A stretch of 64,000 bases of DNA from an uncultured Chlamydiae bacterium (GCA_963754655.1 CAVWGN010000001.1:1920001-1984000), one strand, 5' to 3'; shown: positions 29,923-40,380, numbered from the stretch's first letter. The notes: a model not told the origin generated them from the sequence alone. A program made the numbers and translations.

Positions 29923-31089
29923 CTATATGTCTTTGACTTCAATGGCTACAATATTCAAAGAAATCATTTCATTGCTTGCATAATACTTCAATAATTGAGA
30001 GAGTCCCTCATGCTGCTCCGTACCCTTTAGCAAAGCTAAACCCTCGCTAGGATCAAATAGAGCAAGGCCATCTTGTATTTTTACACATGCAATGGTGTGA
30101 TTGTTAAAATGAATTAAATAACTGCCTGTGTCCAATGCTTCCAATTGTGTCAAGACACACGAAATCTTACCTCCTAGACGCAAGGCTTCAATTAATTCTA
30201 ATCCTACGTAATTGGCCATTGTTTGTACAATTGCATTATGTACTGAGTCATTCTTTTTAATGCCTGGATGCTGTTGATAAGACCAAATGGTGTCTAATTC
30301 AAGGATGAGAGCATAAAGGTCGGTTGATAGATCTATCCCCTGATTTTCGATCTGGTCAAGTACAAAATGACGTAGCGTTTCAGGTTGATCTTCTAGATCC
30401 AAGAAAGCTTCGATAGAAGATAATAATTCTTGATGATGAATGAAGGGAAGAACGGGATTTTTTCTTTGTAGAACTTTACAAAAGAAATCCCTTTCTTGTG
30501 ATTGAACTCTTCCTTGAATTCCCATTAAGCCATCATAAATCGCTTGCAGCTTAACACACATTTCATTGCTCTTTCCCTCTACAGCTTGAGCTGCAAGCAA
30601 TAAGTTAGCTATGTCATCTGTCCCTTCAGCCAACACATACTGAGATAAGAAGGTCATGGATTTACCCAAACATATTCCACTTGCAGGATGGTAAACGATA
30701 TCATGGGTGATGCGAAGGCCTTGCGTACGACCCATCTCTTCATACACAACTTTCAGATCCGGATGCCAGGCAGTCACGAAGCACTTTTGCAATCCTTCTA
30801 GGTTGGCAAAATTGCGAGAAGACATGTATATATTTTGTTGTTTAAGAGCAGATGAGAACCAACACCAATGGCGCACTGTAAGACAAAGACGTACAGTGGC
30901 ATATTGAACAGCCATTGCAATGATGCGAAAAATGGCATGTGCCATTTCATAAAGAATAGATAGGGCAGCTATTGCCGAAGGCTCTGGCAATGCGTGAGAT
31001 ACATGATTCGAAATCGCCACTAAGGGTATCATGTTTTTGCTGGTATCACACGTAACTCGACTAAGAGCTGATGAATTGAACATGCACAT
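29923..31089 (-). CDS. Putative YopT/C58-like cysteine protease effector
   Basis: GICLGKS (Cys), HTIA (His), FDPSEG (Asp). Confidence 0.65.
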   Translation of the reverse strand: MCMFNSSALSRVTCDTSKNMIPLVAISNHVSHALPEPSAIAALSILYEMAHAIFRIIAMAVQYATVRLCLTVRHWCWFSSALKQQNIYMSSRNFANLEGLQKCFVTAWHPDLKVVYEEMGRTQGLRITHDIVYHPASGICLGKSMTFLSQYVLAEGTDDIANLLLAAQAVEGKSNEMCVKLQAIYDGLMGIQGRVQSQERDFFCKVLQRKNPVLPFIHHQELLSSIEAFLDLEDQPETLRHFVLDQIENQGIDLSTDLYALILELDTIWSYQQHPGIKKNDSVHNAIVQTMANYVGLELIEALRLGGKISCVLTQLEALDTGSYLIHFNNHTIACVKIQDGLALFDPSEGLALLKGTEQHEGLSQLLKYYASNEMISLNIVAIEVKDI

Positions 31090-31661
31090 AATGCTGCTCG
31101 AATGGCATCAATGCGCGCAAGATAATTAGTTAGCTTATTTTCTACTTGATTAACATCTAAATCGTCCTCTGGTATAACAGAAAGACGTTGAAAACAGATG
31201 GCTAGATAAAATTTATCACGATGCGGGCCATCTCCATGTCGATTCAGGTTCCTTTCAAAAGCACTATAATCTCGGCGCGCTTCATATGGAGTAAAAATGC
31301 CCATGAAGCCACATCCTGTCATCAAGGCTCCATATCCTAATGCACGAGCACTATCGAAAGCATTTTCATACACCGCAATTTGAGCTTCTTGCGAAAGACT
31401 TTGTCCGTCTAAATAGCGATAGACTTCTGAAATAATCAAAAAAACAGATAAAGCAAGACAATAAACGCTCCGGATGGCTGAAATGAGAGGTGTTAAACAG
31501 ACCAAAGCAAAGCATTTAAAACGAATAAGAAAAGCTGGATCATGATTAAAAACTTCTCCAGAAGGAATATGATAAGGAAATTCATACTCTTTTTCACTAT
31601 ACTGAAGAAAAAGGGATCCCCACTCTGCATTGGCCTGTTTTTCTAGCCTAATCCCTGTCAT
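31029..31661 (-). CDS. Hypothetical membrane protein (bilobed hydrophobic, Inc-like)
   Basis: 210 aa, long hydrophobic stretches. Confidence 0.7.
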   Translation of the reverse strand: MTGIRLEKQANAEWGSLFLQYSEKEYEFPYHIPSGEVFNHDPAFLIRFKCFALVCLTPLISAIRSVYCLALSVFLIISEVYRYLDGQSLSQEAQIAVYENAFDSARALGYGALMTGCGFMGIFTPYEARRDYSAFERNLNRHGDGPHRDKFYLAICFQRLSVIPEDDLDVNQVENKLTNYLARIDAIRAALCACSIHQLLVELRVIPAKT

Positions 31662-31690
31662 CTTATATCATCATTTAAAGATTGAGAAAA

Positions 31691-32206
31691 TCATTTACGG
31701 CAGACAAGGCAGCACAACAAACAACAAATACTAAAAAGAATGCAAGTCACAGGTTCACAGCCCTGTCTTTCTTTAGCCAATTCCTGACGCTTTTGAATCA
31801 ATCCATCTAATTCTTGCTTCTCACTATCACTAAGTTCTCGAACACTGATTTTATGCTTGAGACGAATTTCATCGCTAACATAAGCAATGCTCATTAGAGG
31901 AACGGCTAGAATTTGCCCCGGAATGAATAAAATGATTCCTATAAAAATACGAGCAACTTTTTGAAATCCTTGCGTTACTTTAGTTTCGATTTCTTGAACA
32001 GACAAATTCTGTTGACCGTCTAAACGGGTAACAAAATATTGTTTTCCGCCATTCCAAAATTCAGCTGCAATCCAACGAGTAGGAGCTCTGCAAACATCAG
32101 CAGCAACCTCAAATTGACTCAGCCAACTCTCATCTTTAAATTCTGGTGCATATTGAATCGTATTTAGAAAACCCTTATCTACTCTGCTAACAAAATTCAT
32201 AATCAA
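31691..32206 (-). CDS. Hypothetical membrane protein with Cys-rich C-terminus
   Basis: TM segment; ends CILFSICCLLCCLVCRK. Confidence 0.75.
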   Translation of the reverse strand: MIMNFVSRVDKGFLNTIQYAPEFKDESWLSQFEVAADVCRAPTRWIAAEFWNGGKQYFVTRLDGQQNLSVQEIETKVTQGFQKVARIFIGIILFIPGQILAVPLMSIAYVSDEIRLKHKISVRELSDSEKQELDGLIQKRQELAKERQGCEPVTCILFSICCLLCCLVCRK

Positions 32207-32328
32207 TTCCTGGATAATTACAATTTAATAAATATAATTTTTTATATTCTACAACCGTTTAGTATTTAAAAAAATATAATTTGATCCCTTATTAAAGTCA
32301 ATAGACATTTGAGTCCGGAGGGCGACCG

Positions 32329-32649
32329 GGGTGTGATTAATCTGGGAGTTTATATTTTTTAGCAGATCGATACGAAATGGTAGGGCGGCGGTAGCCCCTT
32401 TCAGTGGGAAGCCCCGTATGAAGCGAGCTTGCGAGCGGAATGCGGGGTGGGCATCAATAAAATATAAACCGCGGAAGCGGTGTGAGTGATCTTACACTGC
32501 TTCCGCAGCTCAATGCTATCTTGCCTACACCCCGCATTCCGCTCGCAAGCTCGCTTCATACGGGGCTTCCCACTGAAAGCGGCTACCGCCGCCCTACCAT
32601 TTCGTATCGATCTGCTAAAAAATATAAACTCCCAGATTTAATCCCACCC
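32329..32649. mobile_element. 321-bp palindromic element with 9-bp flanking direct repeat
   Basis: ~120-bp inverted arms plus inner hairpin; GGGCGACCG (32320-32328) / GGGCAACCG (32650-32658). Confidence 0.85.
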
Positions 32650-32690
32650 GGGCAACCGATTAGTCTAATTTCACCTCTTACAGAGCAACC

Positions 32691-33593
32691 TTAATCTTTA
32701 TTTGCTTGTTGGATGTGATAGGTAAGCTCTGTTCCAAATAAAATAATGAGCCAACTATAATTTAACCAGATGAGAAAAAGAGGCACAGCAGCAAAACTCC
32801 CATAAATTGTGCCATAGCTTGAAGCGTGGAGTTGAAACGTGACATACACCCATTGCCATATCACACAAATCATGCCCGTTGTCACTCCCGCTATCACCCC
32901 TGCTTTCCAAGAAACTTTTGTATTAGGCAAAAAAACATAAAAAAAGCTCAAGAGCCCCCAACTAATTAAATAGGGAATGAATTGGAAGAGAAAACGAATA
33001 AAAGGGCCCAAAACATGTAGAATATTAATGGATTGCGTAGTTAAAAGTGCTTGAGTTGATGCATAAATAATGATACTATTCGAACCTACTAAAAATAGGG
33101 GAAAAAGAAAGATCATGGGAATATAGCTTTTCACTTGTTGCCATAAAGTACGTGTAGATTTGACTTTCCAAATTTCGTCGAAGAAAGAACCAATGTTGCC
33201 AATCATCCGGAAAACAGTCCAAAGAAGAACGGCTAAGCCAAATGCAGCAATAATGTTCCCTTTTGTTGCTTTTAAAGTCGAATTAGAAAACTCTATAATT
33301 TTTTCCGCTACTTGGGGTTGGTCTTGAAATTGTGCTTTGACTTGCTCGGCAAATTTATCTGCAAATCCTAATTCTTGGGCTATGCCAAAACCAATTGCTA
33401 TTAAAGGGACGATAGAAAGAAGAGAATAAAAAGTGAGTGTTGAAGCCTTGTCAAAACACTTATCATTGATAAATCCTTTAATAGAAGAAATTAAAATCGC
33501 TAAAATTTTATAAAAAAATCCTGGAGATTTATTGTGTTTTTTATTCTCCCAAACCTCTCGAAAAAAATTGATAAATTCTTTGATTTTATTCAT
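32691..33593 (-). CDS. YihY/BrkB family membrane protein
   Basis: ASTLTFYSLLSIVP, YGTIYGSFAAVPLFLIWL. Confidence 0.92.
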   Translation of the reverse strand: MNKIKEFINFFREVWENKKHNKSPGFFYKILAILISSIKGFINDKCFDKASTLTFYSLLSIVPLIAIGFGIAQELGFADKFAEQVKAQFQDQPQVAEKIIEFSNSTLKATKGNIIAAFGLAVLLWTVFRMIGNIGSFFDEIWKVKSTRTLWQQVKSYIPMIFLFPLFLVGSNSIIIYASTQALLTTQSINILHVLGPFIRFLFQFIPYLISWGLLSFFYVFLPNTKVSWKAGVIAGVTTGMICVIWQWVYVTFQLHASSYGTIYGSFAAVPLFLIWLNYSWLIILFGTELTYHIQQANKD

Positions 33594-33858
33594 TGCTTTC
33601 CATGAAGTAATAAAAAGTAATTTCTTCCTTCAAGTTATCATTTTTAAAATAAAATGAGTATCATTTAGAGAATCATTGTCTAATACAAGAGAATTTAAAA
33701 TAGAGAATTGCTCTTCAGCCACAAACTGGATATTTTTATTACTTCGTTTAAAGTGTTTTTGCACTCTTTGTGAACTAAAGAAGGCAGTTTGCATAATTAT
33801 TATTCTCTAATTAAAGTGTGAATTTAAATTTTGCAAAACTCTAATGAATTATTGTTAA

Positions 33859-35946
33859 TTAAGACCTACGCTGCCGCACACGTCGTTTTTTAGTAGCTAC
33901 AGAGCCTTGGCTCTGATTAGATGGGATGGGAATTTCGATTAACTCTCCCTGGCCTGAAAGTGTCAAGATGCTCCCTGCGATGGGTTGCAAAAGAATTTTC
34001 TTTTGCAAAAGAGTACGAATTTGCCTTTCATTCAGTTCTTGATCTTTATACTGCTGCCATAGCACAAATGTGCATCCCTCTTTCCATTTTGAACAGCCAT
34101 ATCCCTTCTTGCCTTTTATGATCAAGCTTTTACATTTAGGACAATTGCCATAAATCTCCTCATTAATCTTAGAAAGATCACTCCCCTCTATTAACTGTTT
34201 GGTAAATTGTGCAATTCCTTGCATAAACTCTTGTGCGCTGAATTTTCCTTTTTCAATTTCTTTCAGTTTCGATTCCCAATCTCCTGTAAGTTCGGGAGAT
34301 TTCAAGATAGGATCTTGAATAAGAGCAATTAAATAACGACCTAAATCGGTTGCTATCAGAACTTTTCCCGTGCGTTGGATATACGCTCTTTTAATTAGAG
34401 TCTCAATGATTGATGCCCGAGTGGCTGGCGTGCCGATGCCCTTTTCTTTTAAAGCATCTTTTAGACTTTCGTCTTCAACTAGCTTTCCTGCTGTTTCCAT
34501 GGCACCCAATAAGGCATTTTCATTATAATGTGCAGGCGGTGTTGTCTTTCCTTCTGTAAGATAAGGAGAATGAGGACCTCTCTCCCCTTTCTGAAAAAGA
34601 GGTAACTCTTGCAACTCTTGGCTCTGCTTTGCTTCTTGATTGTCCTCTGATTTCTTGGGATAAAGAACAGTCCATCCAGCCGCAAGGATTCTGACTCCCT
34701 TGGTTTGAAAGGCCAATTGATTGGAATAACCTTCAATTGTCGTAATTTCTTTCGTACAGGATGGATAAAAAGCTGCGATTAAACGAATGACAATAGCATC
34801 ATAAACCACTTGAGATTGAAAAGATAAAGATTGAGGAAGATTTCCTGTAGGAATAAGGGCATGGTGATCCGTGACCTTTTTGTCATTAATCAGGCGGTTA
34901 GAAAAAGAGAGTTGAGATAAGTTTAATGGCTCAATTTCTTTGCTTTTGATTTTTTTTAAGTGCGTTAACGTTTCCACAACCTGGGTTTTCATATTAGCAG
35001 GAAGATAACGAGAATCTGTGCGGGGATAGGTGATGAATTTTTGTTCGTATAACGTTTGAGCAATCTGCAAAGTATCCGCAGCTGTGATACCGTGTTTGCG
35101 ATTCATCTCTCTTTGCAGCTCGGTCAAATCATAAAGTAAGGGTGGATGTTCATTTTCATTTTTAGTGGTCACTTTGTCAATTGTAAAGGGATGATCTTTC
35201 ACAGTATCTAGTGCAGATTCGGCATCCTTTTTTGACTTAAAGCGGTCGCCTTTTAATTTGAAGATAATGTCTCTATACTTTGTAAATAACTCCCAAAACG
35301 GTTCAGATTTAAAGTGGCGAATTTCGTCATCGCGCTTTACAATCATAGCTAAAACAGGTGTTTGCACACGTCCAATACTCCACAATGTTTTACCTCTACC
35401 GTAGCGCACTGTAAAATTTCGAGTCGCATTAAGCCCAACAATCCAATCAGATTCATTTCGACATTTAGCTGCAGCGTATAAATCATGATAGGCATGACCA
35501 GGCTTAAGATTTTGGAAAGCACTATGAAGGGCCTCTTCCGTTAATGAAGATAACCACAATCTCTTCCAAGGCTTATTCCCACATTGCGTCATGGAGAGAA
35601 TATAGCGAAAAATGAGCTCTCCTTCACGCCCAGCATCTGTCGCGCAGATCAACTCATTTGCTGATTTAAATAATTTTTTTATAATTCCAAATTGTTTGCG
35701 AATCCCTTTATCTTCTACAATTTTTAATTCAAACTGAGTTGGAATAAAAGGAAGAGACTCTAATGTCCATTTTTTCAAAAGAGGATCATAATCTTCTGGT
35801 TCTTTAAGAGAGATAAGATGACCAAAAGCCCATGTCACTTGATAACCATTGCCCTCATAATAGCCCTCATGACGTTGTCTGGCCCCAAGATGAGCAGCAA
35901 TATCACGTGCCACTGAAGGTTTTTCTGTCAAAATAACTCTCATCAC
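33859..35946 (-). CDS. topB: DNA topoisomerase III
   Basis: EKPSVA, ATDAGREGE, GRVQTP, ITYPRTDS, GIGTPATRA. Confidence 0.95.
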   Translation of the reverse strand: MMRVILTEKPSVARDIAAHLGARQRHEGYYEGNGYQVTWAFGHLISLKEPEDYDPLLKKWTLESLPFIPTQFELKIVEDKGIRKQFGIIKKLFKSANELICATDAGREGELIFRYILSMTQCGNKPWKRLWLSSLTEEALHSAFQNLKPGHAYHDLYAAAKCRNESDWIVGLNATRNFTVRYGRGKTLWSIGRVQTPVLAMIVKRDDEIRHFKSEPFWELFTKYRDIIFKLKGDRFKSKKDAESALDTVKDHPFTIDKVTTKNENEHPPLLYDLTELQREMNRKHGITAADTLQIAQTLYEQKFITYPRTDSRYLPANMKTQVVETLTHLKKIKSKEIEPLNLSQLSFSNRLINDKKVTDHHALIPTGNLPQSLSFQSQVVYDAIVIRLIAAFYPSCTKEITTIEGYSNQLAFQTKGVRILAAGWTVLYPKKSEDNQEAKQSQELQELPLFQKGERGPHSPYLTEGKTTPPAHYNENALLGAMETAGKLVEDESLKDALKEKGIGTPATRASIIETLIKRAYIQRTGKVLIATDLGRYLIALIQDPILKSPELTGDWESKLKEIEKGKFSAQEFMQGIAQFTKQLIEGSDLSKINEEIYGNCPKCKSLIIKGKKGYGCSKWKEGCTFVLWQQYKDQELNERQIRTLLQKKILLQPIAGSILTLSGQGELIEIPIPSNQSQGSVATKKRRVRQRRS

Positions 35947-36212
35947 ACCTCTCCATAAAATGTTAAGGATTAAACACTTTAATTATGCCCATTCACAGTC
36001 ATTTTTGCAAATACTTGCTTTGCTCACGTTTAATCCTTCGCCCTTTTTAATTACTCTTAAAGTAGAAGAGATAAAACTCTCACGTGTGAAGAGAAAGAAG
36101 ATAAGAGCATCACAAATTTAAACCAATTTAAAACAAAAAGCATTGCTTATTTTGAAAAATATGCTCAAAATATTTGTAATGAATTAATATTATTTGAAAA
36201 TTAGGAAATGAC

Positions 36213-36340
36213 TTAAGAGATGCGCTTAGACTAAACGGCGCAGCGACTGAATGCATCACTTAGTCTAAGCACATCTCTTAATTTAACACATGATAGGTTT
36301 AAGACTATCCAATATGCAAAAACTCATGTAACTGAGCACT
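36213..36340. repeat. Degenerate right half of a family A-type element
   Basis: Resembles 22110-22217; ends ...AAAACTCATGTAACTGAGCACTA next to CTAG. Confidence 0.6.
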
Positions 36341-36414
36341 AACTAGTACTCCATTACATTAGTTTTGCGTATTTGGACTGCTTCAAAGCCCCGAGGTTAG
36401 GAGGAGATGATTCT

Positions 36415-37158
36415 CTAGCAATTCGTCTAAAAGTTTTTAGTTTTTGGAAAAAATTCTCCACATCCTTTCTTTTTTATACAAACGCTTGCTATAGGGAATT
36501 TCATCAGTTCTCTTTGGGTGACTTGGAATGACAACTCGTTCCTTTCTTTTCATTAAATAGTATCTAATTTCATCTGTATCATAAGCTAGATCTGCTATAA
36601 CATTTCTTGCTCGTTTCCCATTTAATAGAGATTTAGCAAATAAATTATCATTTCTATTTCCAGGAGCAATTTTTACTTTTAATGGTTGCCCTTCAGCATT
36701 AACTACAACATGAATTCTTGTTGACCAACCACCTTGTGTCTTTCCAATTCCATTAAATGTTTTTCCTCCAAAACCTCCCATTGCATTTTGATGTACTTTA
36801 ACACTTGTAGAATCAATAATATGTGATTCGTGGGATGCATTTTTTTTTCAAAACACTCCAAATTTTTGACCAAGTTCCATTTAAGGTCCAGTTATGCATT
36901 CTTGAATAGATCGTTTGCCAGTGGCCAAATTCAGGGGGCATATCTCTCCAAGGAGCTCCCGTTCTTATAGACCATAAAATCCCTTCTATTACCAACCGAT
37001 CATTTTTTCTAGGTCTTCCCTGTTTACCTGTTTGCGAAGGTAATAATGGACTTAGCTTCTCCCAGTCCTTATCTTTTAAAAACATTCTAGTCATAAACAC
37101 CTCCTATGGGTCCCTACAACTATTATTATATCATAAATAATCTTTTTAAAACACGCCC
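36415..37158 (-). mobile_element. Truncated IS5-family element (orfA 36813..37100, orfB ~36420..36850, A9 slippery site)
   Basis: WSIRTGAPWRDMP, IDSTSVKVHQ, IADLAYD; left end GGGCGTGTTTTAAAAA; 3' part lost at CTAG. Confidence 0.88.
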
Positions 37159-37160
37159 TG

Positions 37161-37310
37161 GGTCGGGACTTAACAAAGAACTGTTTTTGGGCTTGATATT
37201 CTTCGTATCGATTTAACAACGACCCGCCTATAACAGCATTTAGAGGCATATTTATCGAAAATGACGCGAAAAATTATCAAGCCCAAAACAGTTCTTTGTT
37301 AAGTCCCGGC
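37161..37310. mobile_element. MITE-like element B, copy 1
   Basis: ~33-bp TIR CGGGACTTAACAAAGAACTGTTTT(T)GGGCTTGA. Confidence 0.8.
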
Positions 37311-37386
37311 ATATGGCTAGGTAATCGGAATTTTTTATCTTTGTTTTTGCAATGTTGCTTGATCCATATCCTTTCCCTCAGCGACG

Positions 37387-37621
37387 AGCGGCGTTAGCCG
37401 CGCATGGATAGTAGCCGTGGGTGTAGGCGCAAGCCGAAACCCACGGTTACCCAAAAAACAAATTTGAGCCACGTTAGTGGCGTATCATTCGTTTAAATAA
37501 ACATTACTCCACAATCACATTTCCTACGCCACTAACGTGGCTTCATTTTTTTTACCATACACCGTGGGTTCCGGCTTGCGCCTACACCCACGGCTACTAT
37601 CCATGCGCGGCTAACGCCGCT
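37387..37621. repeat. REP-like GC-rich palindrome C
   Basis: AGCGGCGTTAGCCGCGCATGGATAGTAGCCGTGGGTGTAGGCGCAAGCCG and its inverse; inner AGCCACGTTAGTGGCGTA pair. Confidence 0.88.
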
Positions 37622-37676
37622 TGAGCGACAAATTTAGCTTCTGGAGTTTGCCAGAAGCATTTCCTTCCTAGCCTAT

Positions 37677-37826
37677 GGCCGGGACTTAACAAAGAACTGT
37701 TTTGGGCTTTGATGTTTTTCCCGTCATTTTCGGGAAGTATGCCTTTAAAGCCTGTTACAGGCGGGGTGCTGTTAAATTGACATGAAGAATATCAAGCCCA
37801 AAAAAGTTCTTTGTTAAGTCCCGGCC
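37677..37826. mobile_element. MITE-like element B, copy 2 (inverted relative to copy 1)
   Basis: Same TIR; the interior is the diverged reverse complement of copy 1. Confidence 0.8.
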
Positions 37827-37950
37827 CTGGGTTAGATTAGCTCTCGTCATGTAGTCTGAAGGACTATAAGAGAATCATCTCGTCCCAATCCCGGGGCTTG
37901 AAGCAATCTAAATACACAAAACTAATGTGGTTGAGTACTAGATGAAGTCA

Positions 37951-38967
37951 TCAACGGGAAATGTTTGCTCCTTTTGGCAGTTTCGGCAGATTTTGCAGAT
38001 TAGGGCACCGCATGCAGTTAACAACTTGCACCTTTGGCAGCTCAGGCAGGCTATGCAGACTATAGCACTCGCTGCAGTCAAGCTCTCGCACATTTGGCAA
38101 TTCAGGCAGGCCTTGCAGATTATAGGACTGCATGCAGTTAAGCTTTTGTACATTTGGCAGCTCAGACAGGTTTTGCAGATTAATACACCAGCTGCACGTA
38201 AGCACTTGCACCTTTGGCAGCGCAGGCAGACTTTTTAGATTGCGCGAATTGCGGCAATCAAGCTCTCGCACATTTGGCAGCTCAGGCAGACTTTGCAAAT
38301 TGTGCAAATTGCGGCAGTTAAGAGTTTGCACATTTGGCAGCGCAGGCAGGCTTTGCAGAGTAGAGCAATAGCTACAGTCCAGCACTTGCACATTTGGCAG
38401 CTCAGGCAGGCTTTGTAGATTAGAACATTCGCGGCAGTCAAGTCTTATGAGACTACTTGACTGAGGTGGCAAATTTCTTATTTTATCCGATTTAATCATT
38501 AATTGATTAAGATTTGGGCACTTTTTAAATAATTCTTCAATGTCGCTTTCCTCTAAGTCCGGAAATTCTATTAGATTTGCTCCTGTCAGATTATGATCGA
38601 TCGCATGCTGCACAGCCTCTTTTGCATTTTTGCATTTATATTTTTTTAGAGAAACAAGCTGCTCGCTAGCCCATTCTTTTTCCTCCTTGTTTGCAATCCA
38701 ACTGAATTGATTGGAAAGATGTATAGTTTCCAATCCACTTTGAACCCCTCCCTTTTCGTAAGGAATATCAAACTTGCGTGGGGGAATATGGGAATAGATT
38801 TTCTCCCATACTTCTTCTGGCAATTGAGGAAGCTCATTGCTAGTAGAAAACGCACTCTCAGCGACATTTATAATCTTCATCTCGTCTTTTTGAACCTCTA
38901 CTGGAATTGATGTCAAATCATCCTTTCTAAATAGAGCTTCTGAAAAATTAAATTGATTGTTTACCAT
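37951..38967 (-). CDS. F-box-like plus LRR protein (20-aa/60-bp repeats)
   Basis: LPQLPEEVWEKIYSHI; about 8 repeats of LPELPNVxxLxCxxxxNLQS. Confidence 0.85.
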   Translation of the reverse strand: MVNNQFNFSEALFRKDDLTSIPVEVQKDEMKIINVAESAFSTSNELPQLPEEVWEKIYSHIPPRKFDIPYEKGGVQSGLETIHLSNQFSWIANKEEKEWASEQLVSLKKYKCKNAKEAVQHAIDHNLTGANLIEFPDLEESDIEELFKKCPNLNQLMIKSDKIRNLPPQSSSLIRLDCRECSNLQSLPELPNVQVLDCSYCSTLQSLPALPNVQTLNCRNLHNLQSLPELPNVRELDCRNSRNLKSLPALPKVQVLTCSWCINLQNLSELPNVQKLNCMQSYNLQGLPELPNVRELDCSECYSLHSLPELPKVQVVNCMRCPNLQNLPKLPKGANISR

Positions 38968-39306
38968 TTTATCATCCTTTTATATTATTTATATTAAATA
39001 AGTTTAATTAATTAATCAAAGCATAAACAAACTTTTATAATACTAAAAAATTAATAATTGTAAATAATTCATTTTTAATTTGTTATATAAAAACATATCA
39101 TTAAATGGATGATCAAAGAAAAATAAAAAAAATACTATATTAAAAAAACAAAAATTAAAAACAACACTAATAATAATTTTATTAATTGAAATATTAATAT
39201 CTATTTGATACAATTAAATGTTAAGATAATTCCGTACCACATACCAAAGTGTAAGCGAGTGATCGGAAAATGTAAGTTACAATAGAGTTTTAAATAGGAG
39301 ATTTTA

Positions 39307-40062
39307 ATGAATTCCTGTAGTCAATCTTTGCTTCAATCAAGTGTCGCCAATCGAAGCTGCTTGCTTGTGCCTAGCGGTGAAATAGATACAACAAATAGTA
39401 TTCCAACGACCTTGCCTCTTGAAATATGGAATAAAATTTTTAACTACTTAGGATTTCAAGATCTAAAGCTTTTTACTGAACACAAAGTTAAGGTTTTAAA
39501 AAAACCTTTAGACGGAAATGAGGACAATCATCGTCTGATGATGAGTAACAAGTTTATCTTTCACAAAAAAGATTTTTTAAATGCCATTAAAAGCGTATAT
39601 AGTGTTGCCCTCTGTTGCAAAGAGTTTTACGGACTGACACAACGAGAGAGAAAGTTGCTTATTAATGCTGCTCAATGGTCAAGATTTGATAGAGAATTTC
39701 TTTTTTCTGAGCAAATACCTACTAGAAATAAACAAGATGAGAATATAAGTTTTAAAACAGACGAAATTCAGGAAATTATTCGTACACCTTCATATAAGGA
39801 TCTTATCCCAAAGCTAGCTTTAGATACATTCAATACCAACGTTATTAATGAAAGATTAATTGACCAAGCGTCAATACTGTTAGTTGAATCCAGGAAATTA
39901 AAACCTTTAAAACTCGATTTAAATGAATTTAAACCTTTAAATTTAGATAAAATCTTCGAAAAAATTAAAGTAACAGAGTTGCTAGTGAATGAAAATCAGA
40001 TAAGTACTAAACAAGGACAGCCATCTGATTCAAATGAAGAATGGAAATGTGTTATACAATAG
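39307..40062 (+). CDS. F-box-like protein with C-terminal CaaX (CVIQ)
   Basis: LPLEIWNKIFNYLGFQDL; ends WKCVIQ-stop; AGGAG RBS. Confidence 0.8.
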   Translation: MNSCSQSLLQSSVANRSCLLVPSGEIDTTNSIPTTLPLEIWNKIFNYLGFQDLKLFTEHKVKVLKKPLDGNEDNHRLMMSNKFIFHKKDFLNAIKSVYSVALCCKEFYGLTQRERKLLINAAQWSRFDREFLFSEQIPTRNKQDENISFKTDEIQEIIRTPSYKDLIPKLALDTFNTNVINERLIDQASILLVESRKLKPLKLDLNEFKPLNLDKIFEKIKVTELLVNENQISTKQGQPSDSNEEWKCVIQ

Positions 40063-40380
40063 AAAAAAACTACTAAGGCATGAATTCTTTGTAACTATTC
40101 AGATCACTCATTGCGTACCGCTCCTAAAAATCTGTACAAATCTCAGCGACTCCCGCTGAAAGTATAATCAACAATATTTTTATCAATTATTTTTTTAGAA
40201 TTCTATACAAAAATAGCCAATAATGCGAATCATTCGCAATCTATTCCAACTTTTTGCTTTAACTTTTATGCTCTACTCCCAAAGGCAGGAATGTAAGCGT
40301 ATTCATCTCAATGCTATAATCGGTGATTAGGCAATCAATAATTTGTTGATTTAAAATGATTTTTCATTTCTCATGCATGT

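Larger units (their letters stand above)
36347..37937. mobile_element. Composite nested element: family A shell enclosing an IS5 remnant and a B-C-B' palindrome
   Basis: Left arm TACTCCATTACATTAGTTTTG...GAGATGATTCTCT, right arm AGAGAATCATCTC...ACTAATGTGGTTGAGTA, CTAG at 36343 and 37938. Confidence 0.8.

Noticed and set aside
32482..32694. 70-aa ORF
   Set aside because: Lies within the palindrome arm; no RBS
37960..38440. 60-bp periodic repeat and overlapping small ORFs
   Set aside because: Explained by the LRR coding sequence; alternative-frame ORFs are shadows
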